Assembly: GCA_003144275.1 (NCBI GenBank)
Contig: NJBF01000044.1
Location: forward strand, 1 to 26,493
DNA length: 26,493 nucleotides
Reading direction: 5' to 3'
Origin: Candidatus Heimdallarchaeota archaeon B3_Heim
GTDB lineage: Archaea > Asgardarchaeota > Heimdallarchaeia > Hodarchaeales > Hodarchaeaceae
The notes under the pieces are model-generated. The model worked only from the letters and a program-made list of their open reading frames with translations. It was not told the DNA's origin and searched no databases. A program made the position numbers and the translations under genes. Positions 1-9,270 of the stretch are shown here, in pieces. Positions within the stretch are counted from its first letter, which is position 1. Every line of letters starts with the position of its first letter.

Positions 1-62
1 CTTGGTGGTTCTTTCAAAATGCATATAATGGACTCTCCAGTCTCTATATGCAGAACTACCAC

Positions 63-77
63 TATTTAAACCTTTTT
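63..77 (-). promoter_or_regulatory. Archaeal BRE/TATA promoter for a gene running off the left edge (possible ATG at 24)
   Basis: Minus strand reads AAAAAGG-TTTAAATA. An ATG at 24 opens MHFERTTK up to the window edge. Confidence 0.45.
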
Positions 78-150
78 GTCTATAAATTAACGTCAAAAAC
101 GGAGAAGTCTAGTTACGGGAAAACTGATTCATTTATTCCATTATAATTCC

Positions 151-1248
151 TTAAACTATTATACGATTGTATTTTCGTAAGATTGTCAGTAATTCGTCAT
201 GTGGTAGTGCATAGACAATATTATCGTTGATACCTGTCATTGTTTCAGCATTTACTAAGGCATTAATGATTGCTTCTTCAGTGGCCTCGATAATTGCTTT
301 GAAGAAAGGAGACAACTGGTTATCTACCAATGATTTGACAGTATTGATTAAATTTCCGCTTGAGTCGGAAATTATATTTGCTGTGGAGAAAGCAAGAAAT
401 ATATCTCCCGATGTATGACCTCCATATCCTCCAACGCGTGCTAACCCTGCGGGTACTCTTTTGACCATTCGTTTTAATTGGTAAGGTAGTAATGGGGCAT
501 CTGTTGCGATAACTGCAATAATTGATCCGCTTTCCTCGGATTGGAGACTTGTTTGACCTTTTGAGAGACTGATTTTAGGCTTATTTTTTGTTAATTCTTT
601 ACCAGCGGGAACTCCTGCAATTGTCAAATGTTCCCTTACTCCATAATTCGCTTGAACATAAATACCAATTGTACAATTTCCCACTCGTCGTGAACTAGTT
701 CCAACTCCCCCTTTAAAACCGTGACAAATCATACCAGTTCCACCTCCCACACTCCCTTCTTTAACTGGTCCTCCTTGTGCTTCGTCTAATGCTAAAAAAA
801 CATGTTCCTTCTTAATATGAAACCCATTTATGTCATTCAATATCCCATCATATGTTTCTGCCACTACAGGAAGTCCCCAAAAAACGGGAGTAGTATAGAA
901 ATTATTCTGAATTCTCCATTGAATAATAGCATCTCTTACAACTCCGACACTATGTGTGTTCGTAAGACATATTGGCCCTTTAAGTTGTCCCGATTCATTT
1001 ATCCAATGGCTACCAGTCATTTCCCCATTACCGTTATAAGAATAAATGGCAGCATATACTCGATTAGTTTTTTTCCCATATGGGAATATAGCTGTCACCC
1101 CAGTTCGTATTGGCCCTTTACCAACGATTAGATTGCCCTTTCCTTCAATTAGGGTGCAGTGGCCAACCTCGACACCTGATACATCTGTAATTGAGTTATA
1201 TTTTCCCGTTTGGCCCTCAAAGGGAATTCCAAGATCTCTTGCTTTCAT
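151..1248 (-). CDS. dmpA: DmpA-like L-aminopeptidase/D-esterase (peptidase S58, P1 family)
   Basis: Family motifs SITDVxGVEVGH, RTGVTAI, NGNGEMTG, LTNTHSVG, PVVAET, GSVGGGTGM, VQANYG and SGDIFLAFST are present. So is the autoprocessing G-S site (SGSIIAVIATDAP). Confidence 0.92.
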   Translation of the reverse strand: MKARDLGIPFEGQTGKYNSITDVSGVEVGHCTLIEGKGNLIVGKGPIRTGVTAIFPYGKKTNRVYAAIYSYNGNGEMTGSHWINESGQLKGPICLTNTHSVGVVRDAIIQWRIQNNFYTTPVFWGLPVVAETYDGILNDINGFHIKKEHVFLALDEAQGGPVKEGSVGGGTGMICHGFKGGVGTSSRRVGNCTIGIYVQANYGVREHLTIAGVPAGKELTKNKPKISLSKGQTSLQSEESGSIIAVIATDAPLLPYQLKRMVKRVPAGLARVGGYGGHTSGDIFLAFSTANIISDSSGNLINTVKSLVDNQLSPFFKAIIEATEEAIINALVNAETMTGINDNIVYALPHDELLTILRKYNRIIV

Positions 1249-1375
1249 AAACTTAGTTAAGGAATTATGAATATTAGAATTTTCTTATCTTCTTGTTCTA
1301 ATATGGTTAAGGACTATCTTTACGGGCTTGAGCAAACACCTAAATCATTCAACTTAATTAAAGATTTGACTTACA

Positions 1376-2581
1376 ATGGCTACCCCAGATTCCCGTAAAC
1401 ACATGGAAAATGCGTTAAAGAAAGGAAAGATACCGCTTGCCATCGATAAATCGCTGTACAGACGGTTTTCTGAACGTGACATGATATTTGCCCGTGTTAT
1501 GTGGGATGAGACATTTTCAGGATATCGTAGAGCTATTAATGAGAAAGAGGGGACAAAAGTTGGGATGAGTGGATATAGTCAGGAGGGCTATGCGGCGATG
1601 AATGCTGCTTGGATGGTTCATGATTCTTTTCGGCAAGCATTTTCGTGGGAAAATCCGAAAAAAGAAGCTGTTTCTCTTACCCAATCTACAACTAAACTAG
1701 GAAAATTCGAATCTACAGCTGTTAAACAAAACTCACAAATTGTCAAACGAATAGGTAAAGTTTTTGGCGCTTGTAGTGTAGGAATTACTAAATTAGATCC
1801 TGATTATCTATTCTTATATTCCCATAACAGGCAGAATGAACCTATAAAATTACCTGAGGGAGTTAAGTATGCAATTGTGATGCTAATTCAAATGGATTAT
1901 CAAGCCCTCAAAACATCACCGGCATTACCAGCCAGTATCACAACAGGAAATGGCTATTCCCGTATGGCGTTTACTATTGCAAGTATGGCAGATTTTCTCC
2001 GCAATCTTGGATATCAGGCAATTCCAGCGGGGAATGATACGGGGTTATCTGTTCCTTTAGCCGTACAAGCCGGTCTAGGCCAATTTGGAAGAAATGGATT
2101 GCTGATAAATCCGAAATATGGTCAAGCAGTTCGTATTTGTAAGGTTTACACTGATTTTCCGTTAGAAATTGACCAGCCAATAGATTTCGGGGTAACCCAG
2201 TTTTGTCGTGTTTGTAAGAAATGTGCGAAATATTGTCCAAGTCAAAGTATCTTATATGATGACGATCCGACTTGGGAGAGCCCCTGGGGATCATTTTCCA
2301 ACAATAATGGAGCCTATAAGTGGTACGTGAATGTAGAGACATGTTATGAATTCTGGGTCAAGAACTCAACTGATTGCTCAAATTGTATGCGTGTCTGCCC
2401 GTTTACGAAACCCCCCGGATTAGCTCACGATGTTGCTCGTTTTTTTATAAAATATCTACCTATATTAGATCCTTTATGGCTTAGACTCGATAATTTAATG
2501 GCTCTCTTTCCATGGTGGCGATATGGGAAGAAGGATAATGCTGACAAATTTTGGAAGGGAAAAAAATACTTAGGAAAATAA
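1376..2581 (+). CDS. rdhA: Cobalamin/2x[4Fe-4S] reductive dehalogenase catalytic subunit (RdhA/PceA-like), no Tat leader
   Basis: Contains RFSERDMIFAR, AGLGQFGRNGLLINPKYGQAVRICKVYTD, PIDFGVTQFCRVCKKCAKYCP (CX2CX2CX3CP) and CYEFW...CSNCMRVCPF, plus a PceA-like C-terminus. An in-frame TGA at 1367 excludes a longer leader. Confidence 0.88.
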   Translation: MATPDSRKHMENALKKGKIPLAIDKSLYRRFSERDMIFARVMWDETFSGYRRAINEKEGTKVGMSGYSQEGYAAMNAAWMVHDSFRQAFSWENPKKEAVSLTQSTTKLGKFESTAVKQNSQIVKRIGKVFGACSVGITKLDPDYLFLYSHNRQNEPIKLPEGVKYAIVMLIQMDYQALKTSPALPASITTGNGYSRMAFTIASMADFLRNLGYQAIPAGNDTGLSVPLAVQAGLGQFGRNGLLINPKYGQAVRICKVYTDFPLEIDQPIDFGVTQFCRVCKKCAKYCPSQSILYDDDPTWESPWGSFSNNNGAYKWYVNVETCYEFWVKNSTDCSNCMRVCPFTKPPGLAHDVARFFIKYLPILDPLWLRLDNLMALFPWWRYGKKDNADKFWKGKKYLGK

Positions 2582-2606
2582 TGTGGATATTTATGGATGA
2601 ATTATA

Positions 2607-3596
2607 ATGAAAGTACTCTTTTGCCATCGTGTAACCCCTGTTTTACGTGATCATTACCGTTCCTCATTACCTGAGGGTATCGAGCTCATTTTCCCAAATG
2701 ATTTATCTGATTCTGAACTGCAACGGTATGCTCCAGATATTGAAGTGGCTGTGGGGTATAAATTTACTAAAGAGTTCTTAGATCAAGCACAAAAGCTCCG
2801 TCACATCCAGATTCCCTGGACGGGAGTTGAGACCCTGGATTTTGAATTAATGAAGCGGTATTCAAATCTCACTATCTCGAATTCCCACTCCAATAGTTTA
2901 GCAATAGCTGAGCATGCAGTCGCTCTCTTTCTCTCCGCTGCGAAAAAGATAGTTTACCGTGATTCAGTAATGCGAAAAGGAGACTGGTCAACACGGTACA
3001 ATGATGTAACCTCACAATGGTTGTCCAGAAAGACTCTTGGAGTCATTGGTTATGGGGCTATAGGTAGTAAAGTCGCTCGTATGATGAAGCAGGGATTCAA
3101 CATGCAGATTTACGCTATTAAGAGACATCCTACAACAGATCAAACGGAAGAGGTAGATTTCATTGGAACACTTGATTCTTTAGATTATGTAATAAAAAAA
3201 TCTGATTACCTTCTGATTGCATTACCTTTGACCCCTGAGACAAAAGGATTAATAAGGGAAAGAGAACTAGCCCTACTGAAACCGAATGTTGTTTTGGTAA
3301 ACATTGGAAGGGGAGATGTTATTAATGAAAAAGATTTGTATGATTTCATTGAGAAATCCGAATTAGCAGCTGTAGGGTTGGATGTATGGTATAATTACCC
3401 AAAAGATCGAAAGAAGCCTTTGGTGAAGCAAAATTCTCCTTTTGAAGAGTTACCATATTTAGTAATGAGCCCTCATTCTGCATTTAAGGTGGAATCACGA
3501 GAGATTCCATTTACAGAAGATATCATTAGTAATCTCAAGGCTATTTACAATCAGGAAGAACCTCAAAATCGGGTTAATATCAACGAAGAATATTGA
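2607..3596 (+). CDS. D-isomer-specific 2-hydroxyacid dehydrogenase family protein
   Basis: SNSHSNSLAIAEHA, GVIGYGAIG (Rossmann), LPLTPETKGLI, NIGRG, GLDVWYNYP and SPHSA motifs. Confidence 0.9.
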   Translation: MKVLFCHRVTPVLRDHYRSSLPEGIELIFPNDLSDSELQRYAPDIEVAVGYKFTKEFLDQAQKLRHIQIPWTGVETLDFELMKRYSNLTISNSHSNSLAIAEHAVALFLSAAKKIVYRDSVMRKGDWSTRYNDVTSQWLSRKTLGVIGYGAIGSKVARMMKQGFNMQIYAIKRHPTTDQTEEVDFIGTLDSLDYVIKKSDYLLIALPLTPETKGLIRERELALLKPNVVLVNIGRGDVINEKDLYDFIEKSELAAVGLDVWYNYPKDRKKPLVKQNSPFEELPYLVMSPHSAFKVESREIPFTEDIISNLKAIYNQEEPQNRVNINEEY

Positions 3597-3645
3597 ATAA
3601 AGAAAAAAATAGAAAAATTGAGAGAAAAAGAAGGAGGAAGGTGTT
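3597..3645 (-). terminator. Pyrimidine/oligo-T tract, likely terminator of the ABC operon
   Basis: Minus strand reads ...CTTCCTCCTTCTTTTTCTCTCAATTTTTCTATTTTTTTCTTTATT just after the ATPase stop. Confidence 0.5.
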
Positions 3646-3655
3646 TGAAAGGTAT

Positions 3656-4795
3656 TTAGATGGTTAAATTTTTCTCCGTTTTTCCATCGAAAATGTGAAC
3701 CCGACTCATATCAAATACTAAATCCATTCTTTGGTCAACACTAGCAGTTGTAGCTGTGTTCACACGAGCATTAAACTCAATCGAGTCAACTAGCACTGAC
3801 AAAAATATGTCAGAGCCGTAATTTTCTCGAACCATTACTTTTACGGCAACAATATTCTCTACACTTGGGTTTAGAGCAAATTCTCGATCCTCAATATCCT
3901 CTGGACGAATACCCAAGATTATATTGTTTACATCAGTGGCATTTTTCAAAATGCTGGTTACCATTGATTCAGGGAGATTTAGACTAAAGACAGGTGTAAC
4001 AAAATCTGATCCATCTAATTTTCCTTCAATGAAATTCATAGAGGGTGATCCAATGAATCCAGCAACAAACTTGTTGACAGGCTTATCATATACCTCTTCA
4101 GGTGTGCCAATTTGCTGAAAAATACCTTCATGCATACATGCAATACGATCACCTAATGTCATAGCTTCAGCTTGATCGTGCGTTACATAAATGGTTGTGA
4201 CCCCAAGATCTATTTGTAAACGTTTAAGCTCAGTACGCATATGAGAGCGCAATTTTGCATCAAGATTGGACAATGGTTCATCCATCAGGAAGACTTTTGG
4301 TTGTCTAACAATTGCTCGTCCCATTGCAACTCGTTGCTGTTGCCCTCCTGATAATTCAGTCGGTTTTCTTTTGAGGAGATCCTCTATTTTTAAAATGCGT
4401 GCTGCAACCTTGACTTTTTCATCAATCTCATCGGGCCGAAACTTACGTGGTTTCGCCTTAGGATCATCTACATCAACTATACTCTTTCGTGCGCGTAATC
4501 CAAAAGCGAGATTGTCATACACAGTCATATGTGGATAAAGAGCATAATTTTGAAAAATAAATGCGATATCTCGGTCTTTCGATGGCATAATATTGACAAC
4601 TTTATCTCCGATATATACTTTCCCACTCGTAATTTCTTCTAAACCAGCAACACATCGCATAGCCGTACTTTTTCCGCATCCCGAAGGGCCTACAAATACT
4701 ACTAGTTCTTTGTCTGCAATATTGATATTGATATTGTCCAAAACAAGTTTGTCTCCAAAGCGTTTGGTTACATTTTCCATTTTGACTTCTGTCAT
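3656..4795 (-). CDS. Sugar ABC transporter ATP-binding subunit (MalK/MsmX/UgpC family)
   Basis: Walker [11 protein letters not shown]-loop [10 protein letters not shown], signature LSGGQQQR, Walker [12 protein letters not shown]-loop VTHDQ and a C-terminal TOBE-like region. SD-like AAGGAG lies 8 nt upstream. Confidence 0.96.
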   Translation of the reverse strand: MTEVKMENVTKRFGDKLVLDNININIADKELVVFVGPSGCGKSTAMRCVAGLEEITSGKVYIGDKVVNIMPSKDRDIAFIFQNYALYPHMTVYDNLAFGLRARKSIVDVDDPKAKPRKFRPDEIDEKVKVAARILKIEDLLKRKPTELSGGQQQRVAMGRAIVRQPKVFLMDEPLSNLDAKLRSHMRTELKRLQIDLGVTTIYVTHDQAEAMTLGDRIACMHEGIFQQIGTPEEVYDKPVNKFVAGFIGSPSMNFIEGKLDGSDFVTPVFSLNLPESMVTSILKNATDVNNIILGIRPEDIEDREFALNPSVENIVAVKVMVRENYGSDIFLSVLVDSIEFNARVNTATTASVDQRMDLVFDMSRVHIFDGKTEKNLTI

Positions 4796-4818
4796 TAAAA
4801 TAACTCCTTAATTTCTAC

Positions 4819-7125
4819 TTAACCTTTCAAACCTTCAACTGATACTCCTTTTTTAATATAATCTTGTGCAAGGAACAATATAACAAATATTGGAAGCACA
4901 ATTACTGTTGCTAATGCCAGAATTACTCCTGCCTGTTCTTGTAATTCAGCATTAATATGATAAATTCCCAAAGGAAGCGTTCGTAATAAGGGGGCAAATT
5001 CGCTCTGATCTAGCAATAAAAGAGGCCACATGAATGCATTCCAATTACCGATAATATTAATGATGACCATTACAGAAATCACAGGAATAGATAAGGGTAA
5101 AACAATTTTTCTGAATATTTCAAATTCACTATATCCATCAACTCTGGCTGCATCCAAATAATCATCAGGAATACCCCGCATAAATTCAGCACAGAGGAAA
5201 ATACTGAATGGTTGGATTAAAAACGGAAATATTACACCTAAAAGGGAACCTACAAATCCCAGACGATTAAGTTCTAAATATAGGGGAATTACCTGCACAT
5301 ATGGGGGTACCATTTGAATCGCAATGATTAGAGTAAAGAGTAGTTTCCTACCAATGAAATTTCTTTTTGCTAAACAATACCCTGCCATAGCAGAGAATAT
5401 TACTAAAAACCCTGTTACGAAGAGAGCGGTTACAATTGAATTGAATAACCATGTTACTACTTGATATTCCAATGTTTCATATGGAGCTGGTACAAGGCCA
5501 AATATTTGTGCATAATTCCTAGTTGTAAATGGGTCAGGTATCAGTCCCTGTTGCGCAAAATCAACTGAATTTTGAGCGTTTGTCTGGATACTATTCTTAA
5601 TCATCCATATGAACGGTACAACCATGATGATGGCAATAGCTACTGCTGTTCCATTTATTAAAATGCTACTAGCAATTATACTCCGACTTCTGCCTTGACG
5701 AACTTGAATAATACCCCATGCTATAGCTGCTAAACTCACTCCTATGAAAGTCAATAATATTCCTAAAGATAGAAACGAAGCGAATGAGTCGGTCTGCATC
5801 TCATAAGAATCACCGAATAATCTATTGTAATTCTGTGGATCAAAGACATAAACAAATACAAATAATACAAAAAATAATACTGCCACTTTGAGGAAGTTAG
5901 AATGTCTTCTCAACCCAATTTTCCAGTCAGTTAAGGAATCCATCGATAGCTCGTACATGATAAGATAAACAACATAGAGTAGCAGAAAAATGATGAAGAG
6001 GAGTAAGGTTATCCAGAAAGCAGGTTGAATGGCACCCAAGATTGAAATATCACTTGGTCTAATAGGAATCATTCCATTCGAGATTTGTCGAGCTGCATTG
6101 ACTATTATATCAAAACTATCTTTGATCAGTGTTATCAATTCACCAGAAAAGTCTAAGGGATTATGGATCATATAACCCATAATCCAAGGGAGATTCAATA
6201 GGAAAAATGTTATACCAGAACTGGAAGATTGTAATACTAAAGTGTCTAGTAGTGGTATACCGAATATTAGTAAGAAAATGAAATAAACCACTTGTTTAAT
6301 GTTCATTTTCTCTTTATATTTAATTTTGATAACATCTAGAACCGTACGGTCAGAGATCTGGGAACTAAAGATGACCCATATTACTGCAATAGGAACTAAT
6401 GCACTAATTATCCCGATCATTAACAGATTTGGGTCTATATTGGTGAATGAGGTTATAGAATAAACATCATCACTGAAATGAGACGTTAATGAAATTAGAA
6501 AGATGAAGATAAGCGTTACAAATATGATGGTTTTCTTCCAAGATATTAGTTCAACATATGATAATCTTGTATTTTCACTCTTCTCTTGTTGTAGATTATC
6601 AATATACCAATAACACGCTAGAAAGATAGCTACAATAGTGCCTATCCACAGGTAGTCAACTGTTAACGGGATGAATAATAGTATGATAATGAGTTTCTTT
6701 GGAGAAAAAAGTTTGAAGAAATTAGATCTATTCACATAATTTACTATGAAATAAATAACAAAGAGAATGATTAGGAGTGGGATAATTATATACAAACCTG
6801 TTAAGAAATATCCTACCTCTGATATTATTTCTAAATTAAATTGTATGAGTTGAGAATAGAAGTCCAGCATATTTTGGAAGAATACGATAGTACTGTCGAC
6901 ACCTGTAGTAATCAAAGTCGTAAATGTTCTGAACTGGTTGACATAAAAGCTATTTAGTGCGACCACCCATTTCATAACGGATTGGTCTGTTAATTGGCGT
7001 AAATTATCTAATCTGGTAGATGAGATCGGGATGACCAAAGCGGCAATAAAGGCTAAAAAAAGCATTAACCGGCGTTTAATATAAATGAAGTCAAGAATAC
7101 TTGCTTGTATTTTGTTTCTATCCAT
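4819..7125 (-). CDS. Carbohydrate ABC permease, MalG-type, with a ~475-aa N-terminal membrane extension
   Basis: The C-terminal ~290 aa has NSIVTAL..AGYCLA, QMVPPYVQVIPLY, the EAA loop IPDDYLDAARVDG and WNAFMWPL. The N-terminal part is hydrophobic and multi-TM. Confidence 0.9.
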   Translation of the reverse strand: MDRNKIQASILDFIYIKRRLMLFLAFIAALVIPISSTRLDNLRQLTDQSVMKWVVALNSFYVNQFRTFTTLITTGVDSTIVFFQNMLDFYSQLIQFNLEIISEVGYFLTGLYIIIPLLIILFVIYFIVNYVNRSNFFKLFSPKKLIIILLFIPLTVDYLWIGTIVAIFLACYWYIDNLQQEKSENTRLSYVELISWKKTIIFVTLIFIFLISLTSHFSDDVYSITSFTNIDPNLLMIGIISALVPIAVIWVIFSSQISDRTVLDVIKIKYKEKMNIKQVVYFIFLLIFGIPLLDTLVLQSSSSGITFFLLNLPWIMGYMIHNPLDFSGELITLIKDSFDIIVNAARQISNGMIPIRPSDISILGAIQPAFWITLLLFIIFLLLYVVYLIMYELSMDSLTDWKIGLRRHSNFLKVAVLFFVLFVFVYVFDPQNYNRLFGDSYEMQTDSFASFLSLGILLTFIGVSLAAIAWGIIQVRQGRSRSIIASSILINGTAVAIAIIMVVPFIWMIKNSIQTNAQNSVDFAQQGLIPDPFTTRNYAQIFGLVPAPYETLEYQVVTWLFNSIVTALFVTGFLVIFSAMAGYCLAKRNFIGRKLLFTLIIAIQMVPPYVQVIPLYLELNRLGFVGSLLGVIFPFLIQPFSIFLCAEFMRGIPDDYLDAARVDGYSEFEIFRKIVLPLSIPVISVMVIINIIGNWNAFMWPLLLLDQSEFAPLLRTLPLGIYHINAELQEQAGVILALATVIVLPIFVILFLAQDYIKKGVSVEGLKG

Positions 7126-7130
7126 GGTAA

Positions 7131-9053
7131 TTACGCTCCGTTAATATCCTCCTGTGGAAATAAAAAGGAAGCAAACTGCTGTTGTTTAAGGAAAGGGATA
7201 ATATAACGTGCTAATAGCATTAAAATAGCAATAATCAGCATTAGCAAGCCAAGAATGCCTGAAGGTATGAACCATATTTGTGTTGAACCAGCTCCTGATT
7301 GTGTAATAGTATTATACCCGTTGAAAAGATAAAATGGGACAACACAAGAAATGAAAATACCAGTTATTCGGAGATCACTTACATCATTCTCAAGTTGTTT
7401 GTATTTCAAAAGAGAGTAGATGATATAATATGCCAAACAGATAAACGCTAAGACAAGGAAAAGTAAATCATAAGTAAGCCATTTCACAGTGAATCCTAGT
7501 GATTTTGCAGAAAGGCCAAAACGATTTGATGGAATAGAAAATAAAATAGCTAACAGAGAAAATAGAGCAAATCCCTTTAAAACATTTTTTATTTCAACCC
7601 GTCCAAGTAATCCAAGAAACGCTGTCATTCCAAAAATGAAATAACCAACTGTTGATGCAAAGGTCATAATTGTCGGACTAGCATAATTAGCGATAAGATA
7701 TATGGCTAATGATTGGTCTCCACCAAATTGAGCAATATTTAAACCGTAGAATTCTTGAAAAATTTGCCAACCATTAATCAGTTCTAAAATCATAACTACT
7801 CCAAGTGGACCTTTGAGCATTGGTAATGTAATATTCTTGAATTTAGACCACCCACCATGACCATCAATTTCAGCTGCTTCATAAAGTGACGCAGGAATCG
7901 ATTTTAAACCCGCTAATAATATTAATACATCAAAACCTACTCTTCTCCAAATACTCATCAGTGCTACTGATTCTATCATTGCTATCGAAAGCCAATTGAG
8001 GCTTTCTCCAACTACATTGGCAGGGACAACTCCTAATGTTACTATATTTAGTATATAGTACAGAAAATCAAGAATTGGAGCGATTAGGTGAAAAATGGCT
8101 GATAAGAGTCCATCAAGAGAAAAAACCACTCTCAACCAGATAACAGAAACGACAAGTACTGAAGTGACCACAGGCATATAGAAAATTGTTGTGTAAGTAT
8201 TCTCTCCTTTCAATAATTTGTTATTCAACAAAACTGCGAGAGCTAATGAAAGTATTATTACACCGGGAACGAAAATGATTACGAAGAAGATATTATTATC
8301 GAGCGCATTTTGGAATGATGTAGCAGGCGTAGTTTGGGAGAAAAGTTGAAGATAATTGTCTATCCCAACAAAGATTGGATCTTGTTTTTGCAATCCTCCG
8401 AGAATTGCATGAATTGTCCAAAGAAGAGGGTCTTGAGTGTAATCAACAGGAATAAATGCACGGGATAAATCTCCTGCAGGATAGGCGAACAATGTGATAT
8501 AAAACCCTCTGATGATAGGAATAATGTAAGTGAATATGAGAAAAATCAACGCTGGGATAATCAAAATGTACGGTAACTTATTTTTTCTCAATTCTCCGAC
8601 AAAACGCTCTCTCAGACTTAAATCTTGTTCTTTCGATCGCGTATTTCGGAATGCAACTATCGCGAGTAGACCTAAAGGTAATGTAAGAATACCTCCAATT
8701 AACCATGCGTTCCTCCCTTTCATAACACCAGTTGAATCCTTTTGAAGGCTTTGAAGACTTCCAAATAGAAGTAACAGACAACCAGCTATTACCAATAACG
8801 TTATCGTCAGATTGGCTGTAGCCTCTGCCCCAACTATCGAAATACCAAAGAAAAACCAATGAGTGACCTCAGGGACAATAGATACAAATGCTGAGAGGCC
8901 CAGAATTTCGCTCCAGCCGTAGATAAAATAACCTGGAGTAAAAAAATAGTTATCACTCACAAATAGAAAGAAGATAGCAAGTATTAAGGGGATAATTCCA
9001 TTTATAAGCGCAAATCGTTGAGGTTTTGATTGTGATTGTTCCCAGATCATCAT
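7131..9053 (-). CDS. Carbohydrate ABC permease, MalF-type, with N- and C-terminal membrane extensions
   Basis: PYILIIPAL, FVGIDNY, IFYMPVVTS and the EAA loop IPASLYEAAEIDG..WSKFKNITLPML. Confidence 0.9.
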   Translation of the reverse strand: MMIWEQSQSKPQRFALINGIIPLILAIFFLFVSDNYFFTPGYFIYGWSEILGLSAFVSIVPEVTHWFFFGISIVGAEATANLTITLLVIAGCLLLLFGSLQSLQKDSTGVMKGRNAWLIGGILTLPLGLLAIVAFRNTRSKEQDLSLRERFVGELRKNKLPYILIIPALIFLIFTYIIPIIRGFYITLFAYPAGDLSRAFIPVDYTQDPLLWTIHAILGGLQKQDPIFVGIDNYLQLFSQTTPATSFQNALDNNIFFVIIFVPGVIILSLALAVLLNNKLLKGENTYTTIFYMPVVTSVLVVSVIWLRVVFSLDGLLSAIFHLIAPILDFLYYILNIVTLGVVPANVVGESLNWLSIAMIESVALMSIWRRVGFDVLILLAGLKSIPASLYEAAEIDGHGGWSKFKNITLPMLKGPLGVVMILELINGWQIFQEFYGLNIAQFGGDQSLAIYLIANYASPTIMTFASTVGYFIFGMTAFLGLLGRVEIKNVLKGFALFSLLAILFSIPSNRFGLSAKSLGFTVKWLTYDLLFLVLAFICLAYYIIYSLLKYKQLENDVSDLRITGIFISCVVPFYLFNGYNTITQSGAGSTQIWFIPSGILGLLMLIIAILMLLARYIIPFLKQQQFASFLFPQEDINGA

Positions 9054-9231
9054 GTTTGTGTACCTTCTTCACTTAAATGTAATATTTCATAGAAATGTTG
9101 CTGAAGTAGTGAAATAAATTGAGATGAGTTAGAAGAGTCTGTACACTTTTAAATATTGCTATAAGCTATGTAAATCCAATGAAAAGCTGGAAGAAGTTAG
9201 GTAAAGTTAGCTTTGCGTATCAGAATGAATT

Positions 9232-9258
9232 AAAAAAAAAGAAAATAAAAAAAGGGGG
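9232..9258 (-). terminator. Oligo-T terminator after the substrate-binding protein gene
   Basis: Minus strand CCCCCTTTTTTTATTTTCTTTTTTTTT begins 12 nt after the SBP stop. Confidence 0.6.
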
Positions 9259-9270
9259 ATGAGGATGAAC

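Noticed and set aside
1974-2342. Antisense 122-aa ORF as a possible RdhB
   Set aside because: It lies wholly inside rdhA on the opposite strand and is not hydrophobic.
1376-2581. Epoxyqueuosine reductase QueG as the identity; YRRF as a Tat motif
   Set aside because: The FSERDMIFAR motif, the PIDFGV..FC context and the C-terminal H..LDP..D..YG..W pattern are RdhA-like. RRF is part of that conserved motif and no hydrophobic h-region follows it.
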